From positions 2,967-66,966 of the forward strand of contig JBCDEZ010000001.1 in the NCBI GenBank assembly GCA_039179045.1: 64,000 nucleotides of DNA, given 5' to 3'. Under the pieces are notes generated by a model. The model searched no databases. It was not told the DNA's origin and saw only the letters and a list, made by a program, of their open reading frames with translations. The DNA comes from Chlamydiota bacterium. GTDB taxonomy: Bacteria > Chlamydiota > Chlamydiia > Chlamydiales > SM23-39. This document shows positions 27,695 through 35,776 of the stretch, piece after piece; the first letter of the stretch is position 1, and each line of letters opens with the position of its first letter. A program made the position numbers and the translations under genes.

Positions 27695-28755
27695 AGGCTC
27701 TGTAACGACTCCATAGTAGCTAAATATTGAGGATTTGTCTGCTTTTTGACCATCTCTGCAGATAAAGAGGCGCCTCTTGCGCTCTGGTGCAAAAAGAGCT
27801 TTCGGGGGAGATCACATTTGGCCTTTGAGATCCTCTTGACCACGATTTCTTCTTGCTTGTGCAAAGCCCGTTCCAATGAATAGAGGGTATCTTGCGCGGT
27901 GATTTTTATAGACAAGATCGCTCCTGGCCGTATGCCCTGTCCTTGTGTTTCGAGAAGGGCTACGGTAAGGGAGGAAAAGGTGAGAAGATCGCCCGTTTGC
28001 TTTTGGAAAGTCCACCCAAACAGAGCAGCAAGCCAAAAGATCCAGTAGAGAGTCTCCGTTTCTGGGTGGGGTATATACGAGTTTTTCTCTCCGTTATAAG
28101 TTACCTCAATACGGTCTGCTTTTTGCAAGAGCTGCCTTGCTTGCAAGCTGGAAAATTCCGCTTCGATCAGCTCGCGCCAAGGCGCGATTCTTGTCCAGTT
28201 TACATCGGAGATATGTGCCTTTTTTCGAGGCAAATATAGAGAAAGATCCCGGAGAAATCTCTCCAGAGTGCTCGCTGATCCCGAATCGACAATCACCCTT
28301 TCGCAAAGAGACTCGAGAGGGAGAAAAAAAGGGATTTCAGAAGAGGGGGTATCTAGCCAAAGGACGTTGAGTGGCAGATCGGGGACAATGTGGGGAAGAA
28401 GCAGAGGAAAAACATGGTTGGTGTGATCTTTTGTAAAGACGATATCGAGCCGATCGCAAGCGGTATCGGAGCCATTTTTGAGATCTAAAACCGATACGGC
28501 AGCCTTGAGATAAGAACGCATTGTATCGAGATCTTCCCAGAGAAAAATGACCCGGCAAGGGTAGTTTTCAACCACTTTACGCACCACTTCGCTCAAGTGC
28601 TCCGATCTTTGATCGCACTTGGTATAGACAACGAGATTGAACAGGCAGGCACGCACTTTGTTCTCGCAGGCTAAAGACTCCCAAATGGTTTGTAGTCTGT
28701 TTTCAATCTCTTCTGTTGCGACCCAATGTTTTTCTTCATCTAAAGGAGGCGCCAC
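27661..28755 (-). CDS. opcA: OpcA-like glucose-6-phosphate dehydrogenase assembly protein
   Basis: 364-aa ORF wedged between zwf and pgl with overlaps on both sides. The N-terminal VRACLFNLVVYT resembles the OpcA (r..vlnLVv) segment. The zwf-opcA-pgl order is the actinobacterial and cyanobacterial arrangement. Confidence 0.6.
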   Translation of the reverse strand: MAPPLDEEKHWVATEEIENRLQTIWESLACENKVRACLFNLVVYTKCDQRSEHLSEVVRKVVENYPCRVIFLWEDLDTMRSYLKAAVSVLDLKNGSDTACDRLDIVFTKDHTNHVFPLLLPHIVPDLPLNVLWLDTPSSEIPFFLPLESLCERVIVDSGSASTLERFLRDLSLYLPRKKAHISDVNWTRIAPWRELIEAEFSSLQARQLLQKADRIEVTYNGEKNSYIPHPETETLYWIFWLAALFGWTFQKQTGDLLTFSSLTVALLETQGQGIRPGAILSIKITAQDTLYSLERALHKQEEIVVKRISKAKCDLPRKLFLHQSARGASLSAEMVKKQTNPQYLATMESLQSLWHGKKSTQNR

Positions 28756-30269
28756 GATCTTCCTCCTTGCAAAAGCGCATCTGCTTGGGCAGGACCCCAG
28801 GATCCTGAATCGTAGAGAAAAAATTGCTCGCTTGGCTGTTCTTCAAAATGATCCAAGATAGGTGTGAAAAATTTCCACGAGTGCTCTTCTTCATTCGTAC
28901 CAGCAAAAAGGGTGCTATCGCCTACCATGCAATCCCAAATGAGCCTTTCGTATGCTTCTGGAGGCGCTTTGCCAAAGTAGCTACCGTAGCGAAAATCCAT
29001 TTTTACTGGTTGGATTGGACTTTCTGGACCGGGGACTTTGCAATTGATGCGCATTGAGATCCCCTCATCTGGCTGGATCCGAATCGCTAGAACATTCGAG
29101 GGGTTGCTTCCTTGCTCTTTGAAAAGGATCCCAGGAGCATCTTTGAATACAACCGCGATCTCTGTACCTCGTTTCGGAAGCCGCTTTCCCGCTCTGAGGT
29201 AGAAAGGAACTCCTGCCCATCTCCAGTTATCAATGAAGATGCGAAGTGAGCAAAATGTTTCCATGGTGGAATGGGGAGAGACGTCTGCTTCTTCTCGGTA
29301 TCCAGGCACACTTTTCCCATCGATGAATCCAGGTGCATATTGCCCTCGGATGAGGCATTCAGATAGATCTTTCCCCTCCAAAGGGCGTAAGCATTCCAAC
29401 ACTTTGACTTTCTCTCCCCGTATTGCGATGGGCGAGAGGTTGGCGGGAGGCTCCATAGCAGTAAGAGACAAAAGCTGGATCATATGGTTTTGGATCACAT
29501 CACGCACGATGCCTTGCTCTTCAAAGAACTTACCCCTTGTGCCGATGCCGATACTCTCAGCAACCGTAATCTGTACATGGTCGATGTGCCGATTGTTCCA
29601 AAGAGATTCAAAGATTGCATTGGCAAAGCGGAACACTAAAATATTTTGGACTGTCTCTTTTCCTAGGTAGTGGTCGATCCGGTAGATTTGTTCCTCATGG
29701 AGGGATTGCTCGAGGTGTTTTTGCAGTTCGTGCGCAGACGAACTATCCCGTCCAAAGGGTTTTTCGATAATTACGCGGGAAAAAGGTAGGCTATCTCGTC
29801 GGAAGTCTACAATCATCCCGTGTTCTTTGAGTTTGCTTGTGATCAGAGGGAAGAACTTGGGTTGCACAGAGAGGTAGAAAATGCGACTTCCCTCTGTTCC
29901 CCGCTCTCTGTCGAGTTTTGTTAGGAGCGCTTTTAAAGATCGATAACCCTCATCGTCATCAAATTGGGAAGTGTGGTAGAAAAGTGATTGGGAAAAATGC
30001 TCCCAAAAAGAGGAGTCAAGAGGCTGCGTCTGGGCATGCTTTTCGACAGAGCAACGCATCTCTTTGCGGAATTGTTCATCCGTTTTTGTTCTTCTTGCAA
30101 AACCTACGCAGGCAAAGTGGGGAGGCAAAAGACCATCTCTTCCTAGATGGTAAATTGCAGGCATCAGCTTCCTGCCTGTCAAGTCTCCTGTAGCTCCGAA
30201 GATAACAAGCGAGCAGGAGCCGGCGCGTTTGTTGTTCTCCTCAAAGTGAGGAGGAGCGCTTCCTTCCAT
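28740..30269 (-). CDS. zwf: glucose-6-phosphate 1-dehydrogenase
   Basis: NADP site IFGATGDLTGRKL and active-site RIDHYLGKE. Confidence 0.95.
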   Translation of the reverse strand: MEGSAPPHFEENNKRAGSCSLVIFGATGDLTGRKLMPAIYHLGRDGLLPPHFACVGFARRTKTDEQFRKEMRCSVEKHAQTQPLDSSFWEHFSQSLFYHTSQFDDDEGYRSLKALLTKLDRERGTEGSRIFYLSVQPKFFPLITSKLKEHGMIVDFRRDSLPFSRVIIEKPFGRDSSSAHELQKHLEQSLHEEQIYRIDHYLGKETVQNILVFRFANAIFESLWNNRHIDHVQITVAESIGIGTRGKFFEEQGIVRDVIQNHMIQLLSLTAMEPPANLSPIAIRGEKVKVLECLRPLEGKDLSECLIRGQYAPGFIDGKSVPGYREEADVSPHSTMETFCSLRIFIDNWRWAGVPFYLRAGKRLPKRGTEIAVVFKDAPGILFKEQGSNPSNVLAIRIQPDEGISMRINCKVPGPESPIQPVKMDFRYGSYFGKAPPEAYERLIWDCMVGDSTLFAGTNEEEHSWKFFTPILDHFEEQPSEQFFLYDSGSWGPAQADALLQGGRSWRLL

Positions 30270-30457
30270 AAACTCTCACGTCGTTAAAACGCACATTGAA
30301 AGATTTTGGAAATATCTGCAAGGAGTTTCCCCTCCAAGTACAGGGGGATTGTATGGAAATTTCCCTGCAAAAAATTTCTTCCCGGTTGTTTCCCTTCCTG
30401 GGCGTTGTTGAAAAAATCTCTAGTAAAAAACTTGATAAAAAGCCCATAAAAAACCAA

Positions 30458-30886
30458 GACCCTTCGCTGTAAAAAATCTAAGGAGCTTCTGATGCAAAAA
30501 TGCCATTGGAAAAGGGTTAACCGAGAATTGGTAAAAAAGGAAGTCTCACTTTTTTATAGACAAAGCCTGCTTCTCTCAGCCAGTAAAGGGGAAGAAAATG
30601 CGAGGTAGGTTTAAGCTCTACCACGCACCCTCTTATTCAAATCCTGCTCCTTCTTAAAATCCAGTATCGACTCACCTACCTTGCGGAGGGGGTGCGGAAT
30701 GTGGGTACTATCCTTTGGTAGGGGTATCGGCCATGGATACCCTACATCTACCAGGATAAAAAACCATCACCCAATATTTTGCCTGAAAAGAGCCAATTCT
30801 TGATGATTGAAAACCCAAAATTCAGGCAAGTAGATTCCTTCTTTATTCTTCTGTCTAACCCAATTCTTCTAATTGAAGTGAGATAT
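30458..30886 (+). mobile_element. internally deleted, frame-broken IS5-family-like element, the apparent parent type of the MITEs at 35513 and 36710
   Basis: Left end gaccc..ctgtaaaaaatctaaggagcttctgATG aligns with the MITE left arm. Pseudo-ORF pieces in three frames read MQKCHWKRVNRELVKKEVSLFY, RGRFKLY, IQILLLLKIQYRLTYLAEGV, YPTSTRIK and FLMIENPKFR. These parallel the IS903-type motifs NW..YN..L.kRGsl..W, RGr...YSd.AIq..L.LK.vf.LplR.tEG, PDy(s/t)TlSRR and vvDSTGlK. The last roughly 45 bp (ttattcttctgtctaacccaattcttctaattgaagtgagata) match the MITE right arm. Confidence 0.6.
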
Positions 30887-30887
30887 G

Positions 30888-31298
30888 TTATTTGTGGTAG
30901 GCGCTCCCCTTTCGAATCTCTGAGGCGCGGTAGATCTGCTCTACTAGTAAAAAGCGTGCAATATGTTGGGGAAAGGTAAAACTCGATAGACAAAGTCTAG
31001 TGTTCACTTGTTCCAAAAAGCCGGGGGAAAAGCCGGCCGCATTTCCTAAATAAAAGTAGAACTCTTTTTCCTCTCCTTTGAACAGTTGCTTTGCAAACTG
31101 CTCGCTGGTAGGGGCACTACCACAGAGATCGAGAGCGATATGCCTGCCTGGTTTTAGAAGGAGGGGAGACAATTTCTTAGGAGATAGTTCTTTAATGAGG
31201 ATCGCGTGGCGCATCCTTTTCTTGTATGCCTCAATCTGAGGCTCTAAGGACAGATTTTTGGATTTCTCTTCTGTGACAATAGCAATTTTTACAGGCAT
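30888..31298 (-). CDS. rlmH: 23S rRNA (pseudouridine1915-N3)-methyltransferase RlmH
   Basis: 136-aa SPOUT-type ORF with RlmH-like layout (ALDLCG, FYLGNAAGF, LCLSSFTFPHQ-like, C-terminal ..AYHK). Confidence 0.8.
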   Translation of the reverse strand: MPVKIAIVTEEKSKNLSLEPQIEAYKKRMRHAILIKELSPKKLSPLLLKPGRHIALDLCGSAPTSEQFAKQLFKGEEKEFYFYLGNAAGFSPGFLEQVNTRLCLSSFTFPQHIARFLLVEQIYRASEIRKGSAYHK

Positions 31299-31316
31299 TT
31301 GGTACTATAGGATTCT

Positions 31317-32450
31317 ATGTTTACTTGGGATCCTCCAAGGGAAGTCTTTTACCTTCCCTACTTCGATTTTCCGATTCTTTGGTATGGTCTTTTCTTCGCA
31401 ATCAGCTTTTATTTAGGGTACTACATCTTCTTGTGGGTTGTCTCGAGATACTTCCGTGCGTTTCCCGAGGTATTGCCTGAAGAGATGGTAGGCAGCGCCC
31501 ACCTTTTAGAGAGGTTGGCCGAGGAAGAAGGCTCCTATCTTGGCGCTCTTTTGACTCGGGGAGAAAAAGTGCAGTCTGTTTCGAGACTGCGCGTTTTGAT
31601 GAATCGCTTTATCTGGGACAAGAGCAACTGGTACGAGTTGGCGCGCTCTACAAAGAAGGGAAAAAAAGAGCCTTGCAAAGGCTTTTTCCGGTTGCCCAAG
31701 AGTCTCACTCTTCGCCTAACCCTTGAATCCGCTTTTTCTGGTCTTTTGTTGCGTATCGAACAGAGGGGAGCCTATTGCGCCGACCGTCTTCTCACGGTAG
31801 TGATGGTTTGCACGGTTGTAGGGGCAAGAATGGGACATCTTCTTTTCTATCAGTCCCCTTCATTTTATTTGCAAGACCCTATGCGCATCTTCCGGATTTG
31901 GGAGGGAGGCCTCGCAAGCCATGGAGCTGCTACGGCAATTTTAATCGGCGTCTATCTCTTTGCGCGCTTTTTCCAACCCCAAAAACCCATACTTACCTTT
32001 TTCACGATCGTTGATATGCTGGCCGTTCCCGCAGCCTTCATCGGAGGAGCGATTCGCGTGGGGAATTTTTTCAATCAGGAGCTTTTGGGTAGGCCAACAA
32101 ATCTTCCTTGGGGAGTAGCCTTCGGCCATCCTATGGACGGTTCGCTTCCATGGATCGTGCGGCATCCCGTGCAGCTCTATGAGGCAGGCTTTTACTTCCT
32201 TTTGTTCGTAGTTTTATCGATTCTTGTACGGAGAACCTCCCTTTTGTTCTCTTCGGGCAAACTCTCAGGGGTTTTTTTCGCGGGAGTCTTTTTATTCCGC
32301 TTTTTCATCGAATTTTTTAAAGAAAAGCAGAGCGTTTTTACAGCAGATTGGACTTTGACAATGGGGCAGATGCTGAGCATCCCATTCTGTTTTTTAGGAA
32401 TTTTTTGCCTGCTCAAGACGCAGATTCCTTCCTCTAGAACGAAGCTTTAA
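31317..32450 (+). CDS. lgt: prolipoprotein diacylglyceryl transferase (with an extra loop of about 90 aa)
   Basis: FPILWYGLFF, RIWEGGLASHG, GNFFNQELLGRPT..PWGVAF and HPVQLYE motifs. Confidence 0.88.
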   Translation: MFTWDPPREVFYLPYFDFPILWYGLFFAISFYLGYYIFLWVVSRYFRAFPEVLPEEMVGSAHLLERLAEEEGSYLGALLTRGEKVQSVSRLRVLMNRFIWDKSNWYELARSTKKGKKEPCKGFFRLPKSLTLRLTLESAFSGLLLRIEQRGAYCADRLLTVVMVCTVVGARMGHLLFYQSPSFYLQDPMRIFRIWEGGLASHGAATAILIGVYLFARFFQPQKPILTFFTIVDMLAVPAAFIGGAIRVGNFFNQELLGRPTNLPWGVAFGHPMDGSLPWIVRHPVQLYEAGFYFLLFVVLSILVRRTSLLFSSGKLSGVFFAGVFLFRFFIEFFKEKQSVFTADWTLTMGQMLSIPFCFLGIFCLLKTQIPSSRTKL

Positions 32451-32508
32451 CCTTGCATCTATCTTTTTTCTACGAGATAATCAAGGTACTAGATTTAGGA
32501 GGCGATTC

Positions 32509-32922
32509 ATGAATTTTATGCAAATTGCAGGCCATCTGGGAGCCGATCCCGAGGTACGGTTCACTTCAACAGGAAAGAAAGTGACCGTTTTACGAGTTGC
32601 TGCCAAGTCCCGCAAGGGAGGCAAAGACCAAACTATCTGGTGGCGCGTGACCATCTGGGGAGAGCAGTATGATGCGATGATGCCCCACTTAAAAAAGGGG
32701 AGTGCTGTGATCGTATTCGGTAACCTTGAAGCTCCTGAAATTTACAACAACCGAGAAGGGACTCCTCAAATTTCTCTCAATATTACTGCAACCTACTTAC
32801 AGTTCAGTCCTTTCGGAAGAACAGAAAGAGAAACTACATCCGAACCTGCCTTCGCTGCTGCATCTGCGTCTGCAAGTTCTCCTACACCACAGGATTCTTT
32901 TGAAGATGAGGTGCCTTTCTGA
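32509..32922 (+). CDS. ssb: single-stranded DNA-binding protein
   Basis: OB-fold N-terminus (LGADPEVRFT..G..V..LRVA), a flexible tail, and the acidic C-terminal tip FEDEVPF. Confidence 0.92.
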   Translation: MNFMQIAGHLGADPEVRFTSTGKKVTVLRVAAKSRKGGKDQTIWWRVTIWGEQYDAMMPHLKKGSAVIVFGNLEAPEIYNNREGTPQISLNITATYLQFSPFGRTERETTSEPAFAAASASASSPTPQDSFEDEVPF

Positions 32923-34433
32923 TGAGCGTATACACCCTTGTTGAAGAGCGCCAAGAGGCCGACCTATTGTTCATTCCCTGTATCGAGGGAAAAACCATTG
33001 AAGAGTCGTGTGAGGGAGCAAGTGCTCTTCTTGCCCACTTTTCTACTTTGCAAAAACTAGCAGAATTCGAACCTAAGCTGGGAAAAACTTTGCTCCTCTA
33101 TCCTCAAAAGGAAAAAGAGCCGAGAATCTGTCTATTGGGCTTAGGTAAAAAACCCTCTACAGAAGCTGTTCGAGAAGGATACGCATCGGCTCTACGCGCT
33201 TGCCTCAAGTTCTCTTGCAAAAAGGTAAATGTCCTTTTCCCAGACTGCTCTCCTGCGGAGGAGGTTTTGGAGGCGGCCTTCGAGGGGCTTTTGCTCGCAA
33301 ACTACACCTTCGGAAAATACAAGTCGGGTAAGGTGCCTCATAAATTAGGCTCTCCAGTAGATCACTTCTTTTTGATCAGTCGGACGCGCTCGTCTCGTTT
33401 AGATGCATTAGTCGAAATAGCGCATTCTGTCTACCTAACTCGCGACTTGATCAATACGAATGCCGATGAGATGACTCCTGAGAAGCTTGCCCAAGTTGCG
33501 ATCGAGATGGCGAAAAACCGGAAAGGTCTACGTGTTGAGATTTTGGAAAAAAAAGAGCTCGAGTCATTGGGTATGGGGCTTTTCCTCGCTGTCAACAAAG
33601 GATCTTCAATTGAACCCAAACTGATCGTTCTTCACTATGAGGGAGATCCCTCTTCTGCAAAAAAAGTTGCCTGCGTTGGAAAAGGCGTCACCTTCGATAC
33701 GGGAGGTTTGAGCTTGAAACCCACCCAGTTCATGCAGGGGATGAAAGCTGATATGGGAGGAGCGGGTACTGTTTTTGGCCTCATCGATGCCCTTTCCCGA
33801 TTGCAGGTGAAAAAAAATGTGATCGGTGTCATCCCGTCTACGGAAAATGCGATCGATGGGAATAGTTACAAAGTGGGCGATATTTACACTTCCTATTCGG
33901 GAAAAACGGTAGAGATCGACAATACCGATGCGGAAGGAAGGCTCATTTTAGCAGATGCCCTCAGCTACACAGCGGACAAATACTCCCCCGATTTGATGAT
34001 CGATCTTGCAACACTTACGGGAGCGATTGTGGTCTCTCTTGGAGAGGATTATGCGGGCCTTTTCTCGAACAATCTCCCTTTGCAACGAGCTTTAGAACAT
34101 GCATCGCAAGCAGTAGGAGAGCGGTTTTGGCCTATGCCTTTGCACCGTCCCTATTTTTCGCTTCTTCGCTCCGACTTTGCCGATACAAAGAACTCAGGAT
34201 CTAGGGAAGCTGGATCGATCACGGCGGCCCTTTTCTTAAGAGAATTCATTCGTGATCTTCCTTGGGCGCATCTCGATATCGCAGGGTGTGCCTTCCGTTC
34301 AAGGGAATCGGGGTGTTTTCCAAAGAACGCCTCCGGAGAGGTGGTCCGCTCCTTGGTCGAGTTCATCTCTTCTTTAGATGAGGCTACCTTGCAAAAGATC
34401 CAAGAGTATGAAGTGGATTGTTCATCCTCGTAA
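32922..34433 (+). CDS. pepA: leucyl aminopeptidase (M17)
   Basis: VGKGVTFDTGG and NTDAEGRLILADAL signature. The start overlaps the ssb stop (TGATG). Confidence 0.92.
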   Translation: MSVYTLVEERQEADLLFIPCIEGKTIEESCEGASALLAHFSTLQKLAEFEPKLGKTLLLYPQKEKEPRICLLGLGKKPSTEAVREGYASALRACLKFSCKKVNVLFPDCSPAEEVLEAAFEGLLLANYTFGKYKSGKVPHKLGSPVDHFFLISRTRSSRLDALVEIAHSVYLTRDLINTNADEMTPEKLAQVAIEMAKNRKGLRVEILEKKELESLGMGLFLAVNKGSSIEPKLIVLHYEGDPSSAKKVACVGKGVTFDTGGLSLKPTQFMQGMKADMGGAGTVFGLIDALSRLQVKKNVIGVIPSTENAIDGNSYKVGDIYTSYSGKTVEIDNTDAEGRLILADALSYTADKYSPDLMIDLATLTGAIVVSLGEDYAGLFSNNLPLQRALEHASQAVGERFWPMPLHRPYFSLLRSDFADTKNSGSREAGSITAALFLREFIRDLPWAHLDIAGCAFRSRESGCFPKNASGEVVRSLVEFISSLDEATLQKIQEYEVDCSSS

Positions 34434-35223
34434 AGATCCACACCGCTTGCCTCAATTCCTTGAGAAAAAAACGGGGAGGGGACTCTCCTTTAAGAGATGG
34501 AAACGCCTTTTAGAGTCCCACCTCGTGCGGGTCAATGGGAAAGTAGAACGCTTTTCTTCTATTTTGCTTTGTCCTGGGGATGTGGTAGAGTTATTGGACT
34601 CTACCCTATCTCTTCTTACCCCAACTCTTCTTTACGAAGACGCAGACTTGTCTATTTGGAATAAGCCAGCCGGTATTCTATCGGAAAGGGTGTGTCCGAG
34701 CGGGTTCCTGGCTCACCGGTTGGATAAACCAACAAGTGGAGCTCTTCTTTTAGCGAAAAATGCCTCTTTTCTCCCCGCTTTGGAGGATTTATTCCGTTCG
34801 CGCTCGATCCAGAAGGAGTATATTGCACTTGTCGATGGAATGATCGAGAAAAAAATAGGATATGTCCAAAGTCGCATACGCAAAGTGAACGAGGGAGTTT
34901 TTGCCTCATCTTCTAAAGGCAGGTTGGCACGGACGCACTACCAGGTCTTGTCCCTCCGCTTGAAAGAGTCGTTGGTGCTGTTAAGGCCTCTAACGGGAAA
35001 AACGCATCAACTCCGCCTCCACATGCAAGATTTGGGACATCCCATCTTGGGCGACTACCATTATGTCCGCAAGTACCGCTCATCCCTTCGCGTGCAACGG
35101 CTTTGTTTGCATGCAAAAAAGCTCTCTTTTCTCCACCCAAGAACAGGCGAGCACATTGCCATTGAGGCGCCTCTCCTCCAGGAGTTTTCTTCGGGATGGC
35201 AAAAAATCTTTCCCTTTCCTTGA
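34408..35223 (+). CDS. RluA-family pseudouridine synthase
   Basis: S4-like N-terminus and catalytic motif HRLDKPTSGALLLAK, plus HQLRLHM. The longest ORF begins at 34378. Confidence 0.85.
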   Translation: MKWIVHPRKDPHRLPQFLEKKTGRGLSFKRWKRLLESHLVRVNGKVERFSSILLCPGDVVELLDSTLSLLTPTLLYEDADLSIWNKPAGILSERVCPSGFLAHRLDKPTSGALLLAKNASFLPALEDLFRSRSIQKEYIALVDGMIEKKIGYVQSRIRKVNEGVFASSSKGRLARTHYQVLSLRLKESLVLLRPLTGKTHQLRLHMQDLGHPILGDYHYVRKYRSSLRVQRLCLHAKKLSFLHPRTGEHIAIEAPLLQEFSSGWQKIFPFP

Positions 35224-35267
35224 GAAAAATGCTCTATTTTTTTAAACGGAGAAGAAAGGGAGGTTCT

Positions 35268-35417
35268 ATGAAAAAGAGTGTGGTAATCCTCATATTTTTT
35301 ACAGGGTTTTTCTTTCTCTCCTCTTGTGAAGAGCCAGCTGCGCAATGTTTCGATCCCGCTTTTTGCCCAGAAAACATGCAAAAACAGGAAGTCGAAAAGC
35401 AACCTAGGAGATGGTAA
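35268..35417 (+). CDS. small putative lipoprotein (49 aa)
   Basis: AGGGAGG lies 5 nt upstream of the ATG. MKKSVVILIFFTGFFFLSSC is a signal peptide with an L-S-S-C lipobox. Confidence 0.5.
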   Translation: MKKSVVILIFFTGFFFLSSCEEPAAQCFDPAFCPENMQKQEVEKQPRRW

Positions 35418-35512
35418 GCTCGGGCAGGTGGCTTTTTATTCTCAGATCAGGCGTGGTTCAACATGCTATTGCAAGTTCTTTGCTAGGAAAAATTTTATAA
35501 AATATTGTGATC

Positions 35513-35668
35513 TATACCCACCTTGACTGAAGAATTGTGTAAGGAAATTCTCCAGAAACACAAAGGAGGGGTTTTGGGAGAGTTTATCCCACCCAATTCC
35601 AAGGTTTTCCACTCGCTTTTTATCTCTATTCTGCTGTCTAGCCCAATTCTTCAACTGAAATGGGTATA
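35513..35668 (+). mobile_element. MITE copy 1 (about 152 bp plus flanking TA)
   Basis: Bounded by TA|TACCCA...TGGGTA|TA inside the palindromic target GATC-TA-GATC. It aligns over its length with the reverse complement of 36710-36888, with one internal indel of about 20 bp. Confidence 0.8.
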
Positions 35669-35776
35669 GATCTCTTGTATACCTGTTTTCCATAGCGATC
35701 GCATATAAAAATTTGACTTAAGGTAGGTCCAAGTGGCGATGATTTTTTCTCTAATGTTTGATGAGGAGAGAAAACA

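Noticed and set aside
20340-30269. The 10-kb run of same-strand, overlapping genes (zwf to the sugar transferase) as a single functional system.
   Set aside because: The functions are heterogeneous: pentose phosphate, tsaD, rpmG, lol, glycan. Tight packing and ATGA-type overlaps occur everywhere in this window, so co-orientation alone does not indicate one system.
30690-30760. Hairpin GGGTATC-ggccatg-GATACCC and surrounding structure, first considered a possible small RNA or tRNA-like gene.
   Set aside because: There are no tRNA D- or T-arm signatures. The region decodes as part of the frame-broken IS5-family transposase remnant (..GRGIGHGYPTSTR..), which explains it.
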